Notes: generated from the letters alone by a model not told the origin. A DNA stretch of 64,000 bases from an uncultured bacterium (GCA_963732385.1 CAVSZB010000007.1:1248001-1312000), one strand, 5' to 3'; shown: positions 9,716 to 19,736, counted from the stretch's first letter. A program made the numbers and translations.

Positions 9716-10858
9716 CTAGCGGCGGCGGTCGGTCAGCGCCTCGCGCAACACCGCCTCGGTGCCGTCGAGCATGCCCTCCTCGGCGAACCGCGCCTCGGCC
9801 AGAGCGCGGGAGCGCGCGCCCATGGCGCGGCGGCGCGCCGGATCGGCCAGCAAAGAGACGAGCGCGTCGGCCAGCGCCGCCTCGTCGCACGGCGGCACGA
9901 TCAGGCCGTTGAGACCCGGTTCGACGCAGGCGCGCACGCCCGGCACATCGGTCGCCACGATCGGCAGGCCGCACGCCAGGGCCTCGAGCAGCACCCACGC
10001 CATGCCTTCGTTGTCGGATGACAGCACCAGCAGGTCGGCGGCGGCCAGCGCCGGGCGGACGTCAGGCAGGAAGCCGGCCAGCACGAAGCGATCGGCCAGA
10101 TTGAGCTCGCGGACCCGCGCCTCGAGGGCCGGGCGCAGGAAACCCTCCCCCACGACCACGACGCGGGCCTCCGGCAGCACCCCACGCAGGCGCGCGACCG
10201 CCCGCGCGAGCAGATCGTGGTCCTTCTGGGGGGTGAGACCGCCCACCGCCAGGGCGAGCGGCGCGTCCGCGGGGACGCCCCAGAGCCGGCGCAGCGACGC
10301 CCCGTCGCCGCCGGGAAGGAACCTCGCCAGGTCGACGCCGTTGTGCACGACGCGCACCTTGTCCGCGTCGATCCACGGCAGGGCAGCCAGCCCGGCGCGG
10401 ATCTCCTCCGCGTTCACCAGCACGCGTTGTGACAGCCGGAAGACGAGCCGCCGCTTGAAATCGCCGCGCGGCGTCACCCGCAGGCCCAGCGCGCTCACCG
10501 CGAGCGGCGTTCCGGCCAGCCGCGCCGCCACGCCGCCCAGGAGATACTCCCGCCACTTCGTGAGGATCACGGCGTCGGCCCGCCCGCGGCGCAGCGTTCC
10601 GGCCAGCGCGGCCACCGCCGGCAGATCGGCGTCGCTCCGCGGGCGCCAGAGCGCGTTCACCAGGCCGGCCGCCGCCGCCCGCTCCCCCACGACGTCGTGG
10701 CCCCAGAGCAGCGTCACCTCGTGCCCGCGCCGGCAAAGACCGGCGGCCAGCTGCACGGCGTAGTGCTCCATGCCGCCCCAGCTGCGACTCGTGTTCGTGA
10801 TCACCAGTCGCAGCGGGCGCCCGGTGGGCGCCGTTTCAGCCGCGGAACTGCAGGTCAT
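9716..10858 (-). CDS. Glycosyltransferase family 4
   Basis: WGGMEHY, VVHNGVD and SSDNEGMAWVLLEALACGLPIVATDV (GT4 E-x7-E motif). Confidence 0.9.
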   Translation of the reverse strand: MTCSSAAETAPTGRPLRLVITNTSRSWGGMEHYAVQLAAGLCRRGHEVTLLWGHDVVGERAAAAGLVNALWRPRSDADLPAVAALAGTLRRGRADAVILTKWREYLLGGVAARLAGTPLAVSALGLRVTPRGDFKRRLVFRLSQRVLVNAEEIRAGLAALPWIDADKVRVVHNGVDLARFLPGGDGASLRRLWGVPADAPLALAVGGLTPQKDHDLLARAVARLRGVLPEARVVVVGEGFLRPALEARVRELNLADRFVLAGFLPDVRPALAAADLLVLSSDNEGMAWVLLEALACGLPIVATDVPGVRACVEPGLNGLIVPPCDEAALADALVSLLADPARRRAMGARSRALAEARFAEEGMLDGTEAVLREALTDRRR

Positions 10859-12791
10859 GGAGGACACGGTAGGGCCCCTCCTGCGCGAGGAGCTCGGCGT
10901 GGGCGCCGGTCTGGACGATGCGACCGTCCTTGAGCACGTAGATCCGATCGGCGCTCTGGATGGTGGACAGCCGGTGGGCGATCACGAACGTCGTGCGGTT
11001 GCGCACCAGACGGTCGATCGCCTCCTGCACCAGCAGCTCGGACTCGGTGTCGAGCGCGCTGGTGGCTTCGTCGAAGATGAGGATCGGCGGATCGCGCAGG
11101 ATCGCCCGCGCGATCGACAGCCGTTGCCGTTGGCCGCCGGAAAGCTTCACGCCGCGGTCGCCGATCACCGTGTCGTAACCGTTCGGCATCTGCTGGATGA
11201 ACTCGTGGGCGTTGGCGGCCCGCGCCGCCGCCTCGATCCGCACCGCGGGAACGTCCGCGAGACCGTAGGCGATGTTCGCGCGCACCGTATCGTTGAAGAG
11301 GATGACCTCCTGCGTGACGATGCCCATGGCGCGCCGCAGCGAGCCGAGGGTGAATTCGCGGGCATTGTGGCCGTCGATCAGCAGCCGCCCCGCCTGGGGG
11401 TCGTAGAAGCGGGGGATCAGGTCGACGAGGGTCGATTTGCCGGCGCCGCTCGCCCCGACCAGCGCCACGATCTCCCCCGGCGCCACGCGCAGGTTGATGT
11501 CGCGCAGGACCGGCCCGCCCGAATCGTAGGCGAACGTAACCTGTTCGAACACGACCTCGCCGCGCACGGTGCCCAGGTCGCGCGCGCGGGCGTCGTCCGC
11601 GGATTCGGAAGGGGCGTCGATCACGGAAAATATGCGCTCCGCCGCCGCCGTGCCCTCCTGGATGGCGTTGTTGACCCCGCTCAACTCCTTGATCGGGCGT
11701 ACGAGCGAGAAGATGGACACGAGGAACAGGATGAACAGGTCGGGCGGCAACTGCTCGGCGCCCGACAGCACCTCGCGTCCGCCGTACCAGAGGATGGACA
11801 GCCCCACGACCACGGAAAGCTGTTCAGTGAGCGGCGAGGAGATGCTCTGCATGCGCGCGATCTTGAACATGTCGCGATACAGACGACGCGACTCCCGCCA
11901 GAACCGGTCGGTTTCATATCGCTCCATGGCGAACGCCTTCACCACGCGCACTCCCGAGACGGTCTCCTGCAGGATCGCCGTTAGGTTGGCCAGCTTCTCC
12001 TGCTGCCGGTGGCTGTAGCGGCGCAGCCGCCGTCCGATCTGGACGATGGTCAGCAGGCTCAACGGCAGCACGGCCAGCGCGATCAGGGTGAGCCGCCAGC
12101 TGATCACGAGCGCCGCCCCGAGGTACATCAGGATGAAAATGGGATCGCGCACCAGATTCGTGAAGCTGACGTTCACGCACTTGTTCGCGATCTGGACATC
12201 ATTCGTGGCCCGGCTGATCAACTCGCCCGCTCGGTGCCGGTGGAAGAACGACAACGGCAGGCGCAGGAGCCGGGCGAACAGGTCGTCGCGCAGATCGCGG
12301 ATGACCCGCAATCCGACCTGGGCCATCAGCACCGCCTGCCCGTAGCCGGCGAGGTTCTTGGCGAGCCAGAGGAAGAAGAAGGCGACACAGATGCGCCACA
12401 GCTGCTCCAGCTTGGTGCCCCGCAGCAGCCAGCCGTCCATGCGCGCCTTGAGCCGGTCGCGCAGGGCGGTCAGCCCCTCGACACGCCGCTGCAGATCATG
12501 GGCTGAGGCAGCGGTGCCGTCCTCGCCACGGTCGTCGGGCGCGATCGCGGCCGATCCGCCCGGCCCCCCGGCGACCGCAGCGCCGGCCACCGGCATCGGT
12601 GGCAGGAGAACCGGCGCGGCCGTCGCCACCACGACCGTCGGCTCCGGCAGGAAAAGGGTCTTGAGGAACGGCGAGATCATCCAGATGCTGAAGATGCTCA
12701 GCACCGAGAACACGATCATCAACAGCACCGAAATAGCCACGTGCGCCGCGTACGGCCTGACGTAGCGCAATATCCGCCAATAGGTACGCAT
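10836..12791 (-). CDS. ABC transporter permease/ATP-binding protein, MsbA-like
   Basis: TM domain plus Walker A GASGAGKS, LSGGQRQR signature, IFDEATSALD, IAHRLST; adjacent to a GT4 gene. Confidence 0.9.
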   Translation of the reverse strand: MRTYWRILRYVRPYAAHVAISVLLMIVFSVLSIFSIWMISPFLKTLFLPEPTVVVATAAPVLLPPMPVAGAAVAGGPGGSAAIAPDDRGEDGTAASAHDLQRRVEGLTALRDRLKARMDGWLLRGTKLEQLWRICVAFFFLWLAKNLAGYGQAVLMAQVGLRVIRDLRDDLFARLLRLPLSFFHRHRAGELISRATNDVQIANKCVNVSFTNLVRDPIFILMYLGAALVISWRLTLIALAVLPLSLLTIVQIGRRLRRYSHRQQEKLANLTAILQETVSGVRVVKAFAMERYETDRFWRESRRLYRDMFKIARMQSISSPLTEQLSVVVGLSILWYGGREVLSGAEQLPPDLFILFLVSIFSLVRPIKELSGVNNAIQEGTAAAERIFSVIDAPSESADDARARDLGTVRGEVVFEQVTFAYDSGGPVLRDINLRVAPGEIVALVGASGAGKSTLVDLIPRFYDPQAGRLLIDGHNAREFTLGSLRRAMGIVTQEVILFNDTVRANIAYGLADVPAVRIEAAARAANAHEFIQQMPNGYDTVIGDRGVKLSGGQRQRLSIARAILRDPPILIFDEATSALDTESELLVQEAIDRLVRNRTTFVIAHRLSTIQSADRIYVLKDGRIVQTGAHAELLAQEGPYRVLHDLQFRG

Positions 12792-12940
12792 CCGGGAATC
12801 CTTGACCGGAGATGGAGCCGAGCCTGCGGCTAAGGTCGCCCGGACCATCCGCCCGGTCAAGTCAACTCGATCGCAGATACGAAGCCGCTGCGTTTCCCGA
12901 CGGCCAGAGGGAGATCCAGGCTCGGCCGCGGACCGCAGCT

Positions 12941-12977
12941 GGAGAATAGTCTCCGAATTCATTGGAGACTATTCTCC
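12941..12977. promoter_or_regulatory. Perfect 14-bp inverted repeat whose arms are each GGAGA-N4-TCTCC; putative enhancer for a sigma54 activator
   Basis: GGAGAATAGTCTCC-9nt-GGAGACTATTCTCC, about 55-90 bp upstream of a -24/-12 motif. Confidence 0.6.
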
Positions 12978-13029
12978 GGCCAGCGCCCGATGAGGCCAGT
13001 AACTTATTGCATACAAATAAGTTATGTTT

Positions 13030-13045
13030 TGGCCTGTCCTGTGCT
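13030..13045 (+). promoter_or_regulatory. Putative sigma54 (-24/-12) promoter of the metal efflux operon
   Basis: TGGCCTGTCCTGTGCT has GG-N10-GC spacing and follows an AT-rich IHF-like tract (13000-13028). Confidence 0.55.
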
Positions 13046-13087
13046 GTCTCCCGCATCAGACCCACGCGAGGCCCGAAGGAGGTTGAG

Positions 13088-13264
13088 ATGACGGTCGCCT
13101 TCAACATCTGCGCACTGCTGATCATGGCCGGCCTCATCTGGCTGTTCCTCTGGACAGGACGAGAGCCTCGTACGCGGAGAACTTCCTCCGCTGATCAACA
13201 GGACCGGACCGTCGGGACACGGAGACCTGATTCACCGTCCACCCGGACTTGCCGTTCACTGTAG
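13088..13264 (+). CDS. Small single-pass membrane protein (58 aa)
   Basis: Strong RBS AAGGAGG; MTVAFNICALLIMAGLIWLFLW hydrophobic helix; first ORF after the promoter. Confidence 0.45.
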   Translation: MTVAFNICALLIMAGLIWLFLWTGREPRTRRTSSADQQDRTVGTRRPDSPSTRTCRSL

Positions 13265-13283
13265 TTCGAGAAAGGACCCTGAC

Positions 13284-13700
13284 ATGCGTGCATTGCGCTT
13301 CCTCAACATCATCGGCGTTCTCGCCGCCCTCTTCATGGCCGCGGGCACGGCCGTCGCCGGCAAGACCGCGGCGCAGGCCCAACCGCAGAGCACCTGCCCC
13401 GTGACCGGCAAACCGATCGACAAGGGGGTCTCGACGACCTACGGCGGACAGAAGGTCTACTTCTGCTGTCCGAAGTGCATCGCGACCTTCGACAAGGATC
13501 CCGAGACTTATCTGGCGAAGCTCGGCAAGCAGGGCCAGATCGTCGAGTCGCAGCAGAAGTTCTGCCCGGTGTCGGGTGAGCCCATCGATGCGAAGGTCTC
13601 GGTCGACTACAAGGGACGCCACGTCTTCTTCTGCTGCGCCATGTGCATCAAGGATTTCCAGGCTGACCCGGCCAAGTACCTCCCGAGAATGGCGGCCTGA
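13284..13700 (+). CDS. Exported tandem YHS/TRASH metal-binding protein
   Basis: Signal peptide; two CPVxG...Y.G....FCCxxC...F..DP..YL repeats. Confidence 0.88.
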   Translation: MRALRFLNIIGVLAALFMAAGTAVAGKTAAQAQPQSTCPVTGKPIDKGVSTTYGGQKVYFCCPKCIATFDKDPETYLAKLGKQGQIVESQQKFCPVSGEPIDAKVSVDYKGRHVFFCCAMCIKDFQADPAKYLPRMAA

Positions 13701-15007
13701 TGAAACGACGCATCCGCATCCTGACCGGCGCGGTAATGGCCTGTGCGGCGCTGAGCGCCGCGCCCTCGAGGGGGCAGCAGTCCGCGGCCGTCGCCGACAC
13801 CGTCCCACCGGGGGATGTGGAGGCTTTCGTTGCTGACGTGCTGGCGCACGCGCCCTCGCTGGCCGCCCTTCAGGCACGCAGCGCCGCGGCCGCCCAGGGG
13901 ATCCGCGCGGCCGGCGCGCTGCCCGACCCCCGGCTCGAGTTCATGCTGCAGGACGTCGGCTTCCCCTCGCTCACCCTGGGTCGCGAGGCCATGTCGATGG
14001 CCGGTTTCGAAGTGACACAGGGGCTGCTCTGGCCCGGCAAACGTCGGGCGCGCTCGGCCGTCGCCACCGCCGAGGCCGGCGTGGCCGTCACCGAAGTCAC
14101 CGCGTTCAGGCGACGACTCGCCGCGGAGACGAGGATGCTGGGGGCGGCGCTCTATGCCCTGGACCGCGAGCGTGACCTCCTGAATTCCTCGCGCGAACTG
14201 CTCGAGATGCTGGCCGCCACGGTGACGGCGCGCTACGCCACGGGCGAGGCAGATCAGGAAGCTGTGCTGAAGCAGCAGTTGGCCGTGACCCGGCTCGACG
14301 AGCGGCTGGCGGACCTCGAGGCGAGCCGGGCCGGGCTGGCCGCGGAGATCAACCGGCTGTGCGGGCGATCCGGCGATGCGCCGGTGGGAGTGATCGCGTC
14401 GCTGCCGGATGTTACGCCACCGGCGCCGACACCCGCGGCGACGGCGGTGACCGGTGCGCCGGAGGTCGTGGTGCGCCGCGCCGGGCTGCAGGCGGCCCAG
14501 GCGCGTCTGACCCTGGCGCGGGCCGAGAAGCACCCGAACGCGGTGGCGGCCGCGGGCTACGGCTATCGCGACGGCTTCGATCCGGTCGTGACGCTGCGCT
14601 TCGGGCTGGAATTGCCGCTCTGGAGCGGCCGCAAGCAGGAGCCCCAGGCGCGGGCCGCCGCGTATGAGCTCGCAGCGGCGAAACACGAATTGGCCGCCGC
14701 CGAAGCCGCGGCCGACGCCGAGGCGACCCGGCTGGCGGCCGAGTGGCGGCGGGACGAAGCCCAGGTCCTGCTCTATCGGGAGTCGATCCTGCCCCGCACG
14801 AGTGCGGCATTCGACGCGGCGCGGGCCAACTACCTCGTCGGACGCGCGGACTTCGCCACCGTGGCCGAGGACTTCCGGATGTGGCTCGAAGCCCGCGTCG
14901 AGCTCGCCCGTCGCCAAGCCGATCGTTTCTCGGTTTGGGCCCGGATCGCAGCGCTCGTCGGCGAACCGACGCCGGACACGACCGGCGCCAGGAAGGAGCA
15001 ATCGTGA
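13700..15007 (+). CDS. TolC-family outer membrane efflux protein (CusC-like)
   Basis: ALPDPRL, Met-rich REAMSM, ELPLW, ANYLVGRADF; position in the RND operon. Confidence 0.85.
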   Translation: MKRRIRILTGAVMACAALSAAPSRGQQSAAVADTVPPGDVEAFVADVLAHAPSLAALQARSAAAAQGIRAAGALPDPRLEFMLQDVGFPSLTLGREAMSMAGFEVTQGLLWPGKRRARSAVATAEAGVAVTEVTAFRRRLAAETRMLGAALYALDRERDLLNSSRELLEMLAATVTARYATGEADQEAVLKQQLAVTRLDERLADLEASRAGLAAEINRLCGRSGDAPVGVIASLPDVTPPAPTPAATAVTGAPEVVVRRAGLQAAQARLTLARAEKHPNAVAAAGYGYRDGFDPVVTLRFGLELPLWSGRKQEPQARAAAYELAAAKHELAAAEAAADAEATRLAAEWRRDEAQVLLYRESILPRTSAAFDAARANYLVGRADFATVAEDFRMWLEARVELARRQADRFSVWARIAALVGEPTPDTTGARKEQS

Positions 15008-16329
15008 ATCCCCGCATCCGTATGGGGCGGCTGAACCTGTCGCCATTGCTCGTGGCCGTCGGCGCGATCCTGCTCGTGGGAATTCTGGCGGGGGGCGGCT
15101 GCAGTCCACAGAAGGCGGACGCCACCCCCTACCACTGCCCCATGCATCCGACCTATGTAGCGGATCGACCGGGCGATTGCCCGATCTGCGGCATGCGGCT
15201 GGTCCCGGTAAAGCCCGCTCAGCCGGCCGAGGTTGAACAGTCGGCTCCCGACACGGAAACCGGTGTTGCGGACCTGGCGACGGTCACCATGAACGCGGAA
15301 GAGATGCGCCTGACCGGAGTGATGACGGCCGTCGCGGAGCGGGGTCCGTTCGTGCGCACGGTGCGCGCGGTCGGAACCGTGAAGGCGGACGAAACCCGCG
15401 TCCGGCGCGTCCAGACGCGGGTCGGAGGATATGTTGAAAGACTGCAGGCGAACTTCACCGGCCAGCTGATCCGCCGGGGAGATCCCGTTCTGGGCATCTA
15501 CTCGCCGGAACTGCTGTCGTCCCAGGAGGAGTTCCTGCGGGCTTGCGAGACGGCCAAGCGCTTCGCGACCTCGAGCCTTCCCGAGACTCGCCGCGGCGGC
15601 GAGGACCTCCTGCGGGCGTCGCGCCAGCGGCTCGAGCTGTTCGACGTGCCGGAGTCGTTCATCGCCAGCCTCGAGCAGACCGGCCGGGCGGAGCGGGTCG
15701 TCACTCTGACGGCGCCGATCTCGGGCTACATCACCGCCAAGGACGTATTGATCGGGCAGCGGGTCGAGCCGGGGATGGAACTCTTCACGGTGACGGACCT
15801 GAGCGCTGTCTGGGTCGAAGCCGCGTTCTACGAGTCCGAGGCGCCGGCGATTACCGTTGGGGCGACGGCCACGCTCACACTCCCCTATGACCCGTCCCTG
15901 AAACTGCAGGGGCGCGTGGCCTACATCTATCCCTACCTGAACTTGGAAACGCGAACCCTGCCGGTGCGTTTCGATGTGCCCAACCCCGGGCTCGCCCTCA
16001 AACCGGGCATGTATGCGAACGTCGATCTCAGCATCGACCAGGGCGAACAGGTCACCGTGCCCGCCGACGCCGTGATGGATACGGGGACCCGGCAGATCGT
16101 GTTCGTCGCGGGCGCCAACGGCTCCTTCGCGCCCCGCCTGGTGACCGTGGGCGCCCGCGCGAACGGTCTTGCGTCCATCCTGACGGGTCTCGCGCCGGGC
16201 GAGCAGGTCGCCGTGAAAGCGAACTTCCTGCTCGACTCCGAGTCCCGCCTGCGGGCGGCCATCGCGGGCGCGACCTCCCCGAACGCGCCCTCCGCCCCCG
16301 GCAACCAGCACGCGGGAGACGGGCAGTGA
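15004..16329 (+). CDS. RND efflux periplasmic adaptor, CusB-like, with heavy-metal-binding domain
   Basis: YHCPMHP...PGDCPICGMRLVP, YSPELLSSQEE, LKPGMYANV, ANFLLDSESRL; GTG start overlaps the TolC stop. Confidence 0.9.
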   Translation: MNPRIRMGRLNLSPLLVAVGAILLVGILAGGGCSPQKADATPYHCPMHPTYVADRPGDCPICGMRLVPVKPAQPAEVEQSAPDTETGVADLATVTMNAEEMRLTGVMTAVAERGPFVRTVRAVGTVKADETRVRRVQTRVGGYVERLQANFTGQLIRRGDPVLGIYSPELLSSQEEFLRACETAKRFATSSLPETRRGGEDLLRASRQRLELFDVPESFIASLEQTGRAERVVTLTAPISGYITAKDVLIGQRVEPGMELFTVTDLSAVWVEAAFYESEAPAITVGATATLTLPYDPSLKLQGRVAYIYPYLNLETRTLPVRFDVPNPGLALKPGMYANVDLSIDQGEQVTVPADAVMDTGTRQIVFVAGANGSFAPRLVTVGARANGLASILTGLAPGEQVAVKANFLLDSESRLRAAIAGATSPNAPSAPGNQHAGDGQ

Positions 16330-19300
16330 TCCGCAGAATCATCGAATTTTCGGCGCACAACCGGGTGCTCGTGCTCATTGGCGTGGCCGCGCTGTGCGCC
16401 GTGGCGGTGCACACGCTCAAGACGATCCGGCTCGACGCCCTGCCCGACCTCTCGGACACGCAGGTCATCGTTTACTCCAGGTGGGACCGCTCGCCCGACA
16501 TCATCGAGGACCAGGTCACCTACCCGGTCGTCAGCGCGTTGCTGGGCGCTCCCCGGGTCAAGGCGATCCGCGGTTACTCGGACTTCGGTTTCTCGTACGT
16601 CTACGTCATCTTCCAGGACGGCACCGACATGTACTGGGCGCGCTCGCGCGTGCTCGAGTACCTGTCGAAGATCCAGTCGCGGCTTCCCGATGGGGTGCAG
16701 ACCGAACTGGGGCCCGACGCGACCGGCGTGGGCTGGGTGTTCCAATACGCCCTGGTGGACCGCTCCGGCGCGCATTCCCCGGACGAACTGCGTTCATATC
16801 AGGACTGGACGCTCCGGTACGCGATCCAGTCGGTTCCCGGCGTCGCCGAGGTCGCCTCGATCGGCGGCTTCGTGAAACAGTACCAGATCACCGTGGACCC
16901 GAACCGCCTGGCCACGTATGGCCTGCCGATCATGGCGGTCGCCGCCGCCATCCGTGCGTCCAACGACGAAGTGGGCGGGCGACTGATCGAATGGAGCGGG
17001 ACCGAGTACATGGTGCGGGCCCGCGGCTACGCCCGCAGCCTGTCCGACTTCGAGCAGGTCGTCCTCAAGGTGGGACCCGGCGGCGTGCCGGTCCTGCTGC
17101 GCGACGTCGCGCGGGTCGAATTCGGCCCGGAAATCCGCCGCGGCGTGTCCGACCTTGACGGGCTGGGCGATGCGGTCGGCGGCATCGTCGTCATGCGTCA
17201 CGGCGAGAACGCCCTCAACGTGATCAGGGCCGTCAAGACGCGGCTGGCGGAGCTGCGTCCGTCGCTGCCGGCGGGCGTGGAGATCGTCACCACCTACGAC
17301 CGCGCAACGCTCATCGAACGGGCTCTCGACACCCTCAGGCACGAGCTCACCGTGGAGATGATCATCGTCGCGCTGGTGATCCTCATCTTCCTGTGGCACA
17401 TCCCGTCGGCGGTCGTGCCGATCGTGACCATCCCGATGTCGGTGCTGCTGGCGTTCATCCCGATGAAAATGTTCGGCGTGACCGTCAACATCATGTCGCT
17501 GGCCGGCATCGCGATCTCGATCGGCGTGCTCGTGGACGGCGCCATCGTCGAGGTGGAGAACGCCTACAACAAGCTGCACCTGTGGGAGGCGGGGGGGCGC
17601 AAGGGCGACTATCACGCGGTGCGGCTCGAAGCGCTGAAGGAGGTCGGCCCGTCGGTCTTCTTCTCGCTGCTCGTGATCGGCGTCGCCTTCCTGCCCGTCT
17701 TCGCGCTGGTCGATCAGGAAGGGCGGCTCTTCAAGCCGCTCGCGTATTCCAAGAACCTGGCGATGTTGCTGGCCGCCCTGCTGGCGATCACGCTCGATCC
17801 CGCCATGCGCATGATGTTCACGCGGATGGACCCGTTCCTGTTCCGTCCCCGCTGGCTGGCGCGCCTGGCTACGCACGCGCTCGTGGGCACTTACCACTCG
17901 GAGGAGCGCCACCCGATCAGCCGCGTGATCTTCCGCGTGTACGACCCGGCGTGCCGGTTCGTGCTGCGCCACCCCTGGCGCGTGATCGGCGCGGCCCTGT
18001 TGATCGTGGCGGTCAGCCTGCCCGCGTTCTTCCACCTCGGCTCCGAGTTCATGCCGCCCCTGAACGAGGGCACGCTCCTCTACATGCCGACCACGCTGCC
18101 GGGCATCTCGGTCGCCGAGGCGCAGCGGCTGCTCGAGACCCAGGACCGCGTGCTCAAGGGCTTCCCCGAGGTCGAGCGGGTCTTCGGCAAGGCTGGCCGC
18201 GCCGACACCTCGACCGACCCGGCCCCCTTCTCGATGATGGAAACCACGGTCGTGCTCAGGCCGCACGACGAGTGGCGTCCGAAACAGCGCTGGTACTCCG
18301 CCTGGGCGCCGCGCTGGCTGCGCGGCGTGCTCAACCCTGTCTGGCCGGACCGGATCTCGTGGGACGAGCTCGTCGACGAGATGGACCGGGCGCTGCGCAT
18401 CCCGGGCGTGACGAACGCCTGGACCATGCCGATCAAGGCGCGCATCGACATGCTGACCACCGGCGTGCGCACGCCGGTCGGCATCAAGGTGTTCGGCTCC
18501 GACCTGAAGGAGATCGAGCGGATCGGGTCGAGCCTCGAGGGGATCATACGCAAGGTGCCGGGCACCCGCAGCGTGTACGCCGAGCGCGTGGCGGGCGGCT
18601 ACTTCGTGGATATCGACCCGCGCCGCGACCAGCTCGCCCGCTACGGCCTGACGATCGCCGACGTGCAGGCGGTCATCATGAGCGCGATCGGCGGCGAGAA
18701 CATCACCACCACGGTGGAAGGGCGCGCGCGCTACCCCGTGAACCTGCGCTACCCCCGCGAACTGCGCGGCGACGTCGATCAGCTGCGGCGGGTTCTGGTG
18801 GCGGCGCCGGGCGGGGCGCAGGTGCCGTTGGGGCAGGTGGCCGAGATCCGGCTCGTTCAGGGCCCGTCGATGCTGCGCGACGAGAACGGCTTTCTGGCCG
18901 GCTACGTCTACGTGGACATCGCCGGCCGCGACGTCGGCGGCTATGTGGAAGAGGCGAAGCGGGCCGTCGCGTCGCAGCTGACGCTGCCGGCCGGCTACGT
19001 CCTGCAGTGGAGCGGACAGTACGAGAACATGATCCGCGTCCGCGAGCGGCTCAAGGTCGTCGTGCCGATCACCCTGGTCCTGATCTTCGTGCTGCTGCTG
19101 GCGAACACGCGGTCGGCCTTCAAGGCCGCGGTCGTCATGCTGGCGGTGCCGTTCTCGGCGGTCGGAGCCATCTGGCTGTTCCATCTGCTGCATTACAACG
19201 TGTCGATCGCCGCCTGGGTGGGGATGATCGCCCTGCTCGGCCTCGACGCGGAGACCGGCGTCTTCATGCTGCTGTTCCTCGACCTCTCCTACGCGGAGGC

Positions 19301-19577
19301 GAAGCGGCAGGGCCGCCTGCGCTCGGTCGCGGAGCTGGACGAGGCCATCCTGCACGGCGCCGTCAAGCGCGTGCGGCCGAAACTGATGACGGTCGCCGCC
19401 GCGTTCATGGGCCTGCTGCCGATCATGTGGTCGACGTCGGCCGGCGCCGACGTGATGAAGCGCATCGCCGCGCCGATGATCGGCGGCCTGGCCACCTCGT
19501 TCCTGCTGGAGCTGCTCGTCTACCCGGCCGTGTACAAGCTGTGGAAGCGGCGCACCGAGTTGCGGGGAATCGCGTGA
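16326..19577 (+). CDS. cusA: CusA/SilA-family Cu/Ag heavy-metal efflux RND transporter
   Basis: LDALPDLSDTQVI, LGPDATGVGWVFQY, EFMPPLNEG, DPAPFSMMET, RIDMLTTG (Met triad), KRVRPKLMT. Confidence 0.93.
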   Translation: MIRRIIEFSAHNRVLVLIGVAALCAVAVHTLKTIRLDALPDLSDTQVIVYSRWDRSPDIIEDQVTYPVVSALLGAPRVKAIRGYSDFGFSYVYVIFQDGTDMYWARSRVLEYLSKIQSRLPDGVQTELGPDATGVGWVFQYALVDRSGAHSPDELRSYQDWTLRYAIQSVPGVAEVASIGGFVKQYQITVDPNRLATYGLPIMAVAAAIRASNDEVGGRLIEWSGTEYMVRARGYARSLSDFEQVVLKVGPGGVPVLLRDVARVEFGPEIRRGVSDLDGLGDAVGGIVVMRHGENALNVIRAVKTRLAELRPSLPAGVEIVTTYDRATLIERALDTLRHELTVEMIIVALVILIFLWHIPSAVVPIVTIPMSVLLAFIPMKMFGVTVNIMSLAGIAISIGVLVDGAIVEVENAYNKLHLWEAGGRKGDYHAVRLEALKEVGPSVFFSLLVIGVAFLPVFALVDQEGRLFKPLAYSKNLAMLLAALLAITLDPAMRMMFTRMDPFLFRPRWLARLATHALVGTYHSEERHPISRVIFRVYDPACRFVLRHPWRVIGAALLIVAVSLPAFFHLGSEFMPPLNEGTLLYMPTTLPGISVAEAQRLLETQDRVLKGFPEVERVFGKAGRADTSTDPAPFSMMETTVVLRPHDEWRPKQRWYSAWAPRWLRGVLNPVWPDRISWDELVDEMDRALRIPGVTNAWTMPIKARIDMLTTGVRTPVGIKVFGSDLKEIERIGSSLEGIIRKVPGTRSVYAERVAGGYFVDIDPRRDQLARYGLTIADVQAVIMSAIGGENITTTVEGRARYPVNLRYPRELRGDVDQLRRVLVAAPGGAQVPLGQVAEIRLVQGPSMLRDENGFLAGYVYVDIAGRDVGGYVEEAKRAVASQLTLPAGYVLQWSGQYENMIRVRERLKVVVPITLVLIFVLLLANTRSAFKAAVVMLAVPFSAVGAIWLFHLLHYNVSIAAWVGMIALLGLDAETGVFMLLFLDLSYAEAKRQGRLRSVAELDEAILHGAVKRVRPKLMTVAAAFMGLLPIMWSTSAGADVMKRIAAPMIGGLATSFLLELLVYPAVYKLWKRRTELRGIA

Positions 19578-19736
19578 CCGGGGGATTCCCAACGCGATCG
19601 TGCGGCACGCGGCGATGGCAGTATTGAACACGGCTGTCAATATGCCCGGCCAGAATCCTGAAGCGGACAATCCGCGGCTGCGGGCGCGCCGACCCCCGCT
19701 TGCCGCCCGCCAACGCGGGTGTTAGGCTGCGCAGCC

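Noticed and set aside
16794..19670. Long antisense and alternate-frame ORFs (this one, also 36061..39300, 44449..46452 and others)
   Set aside because: Shadow ORFs expected in high-GC DNA; they overlap well-supported genes and have no motifs
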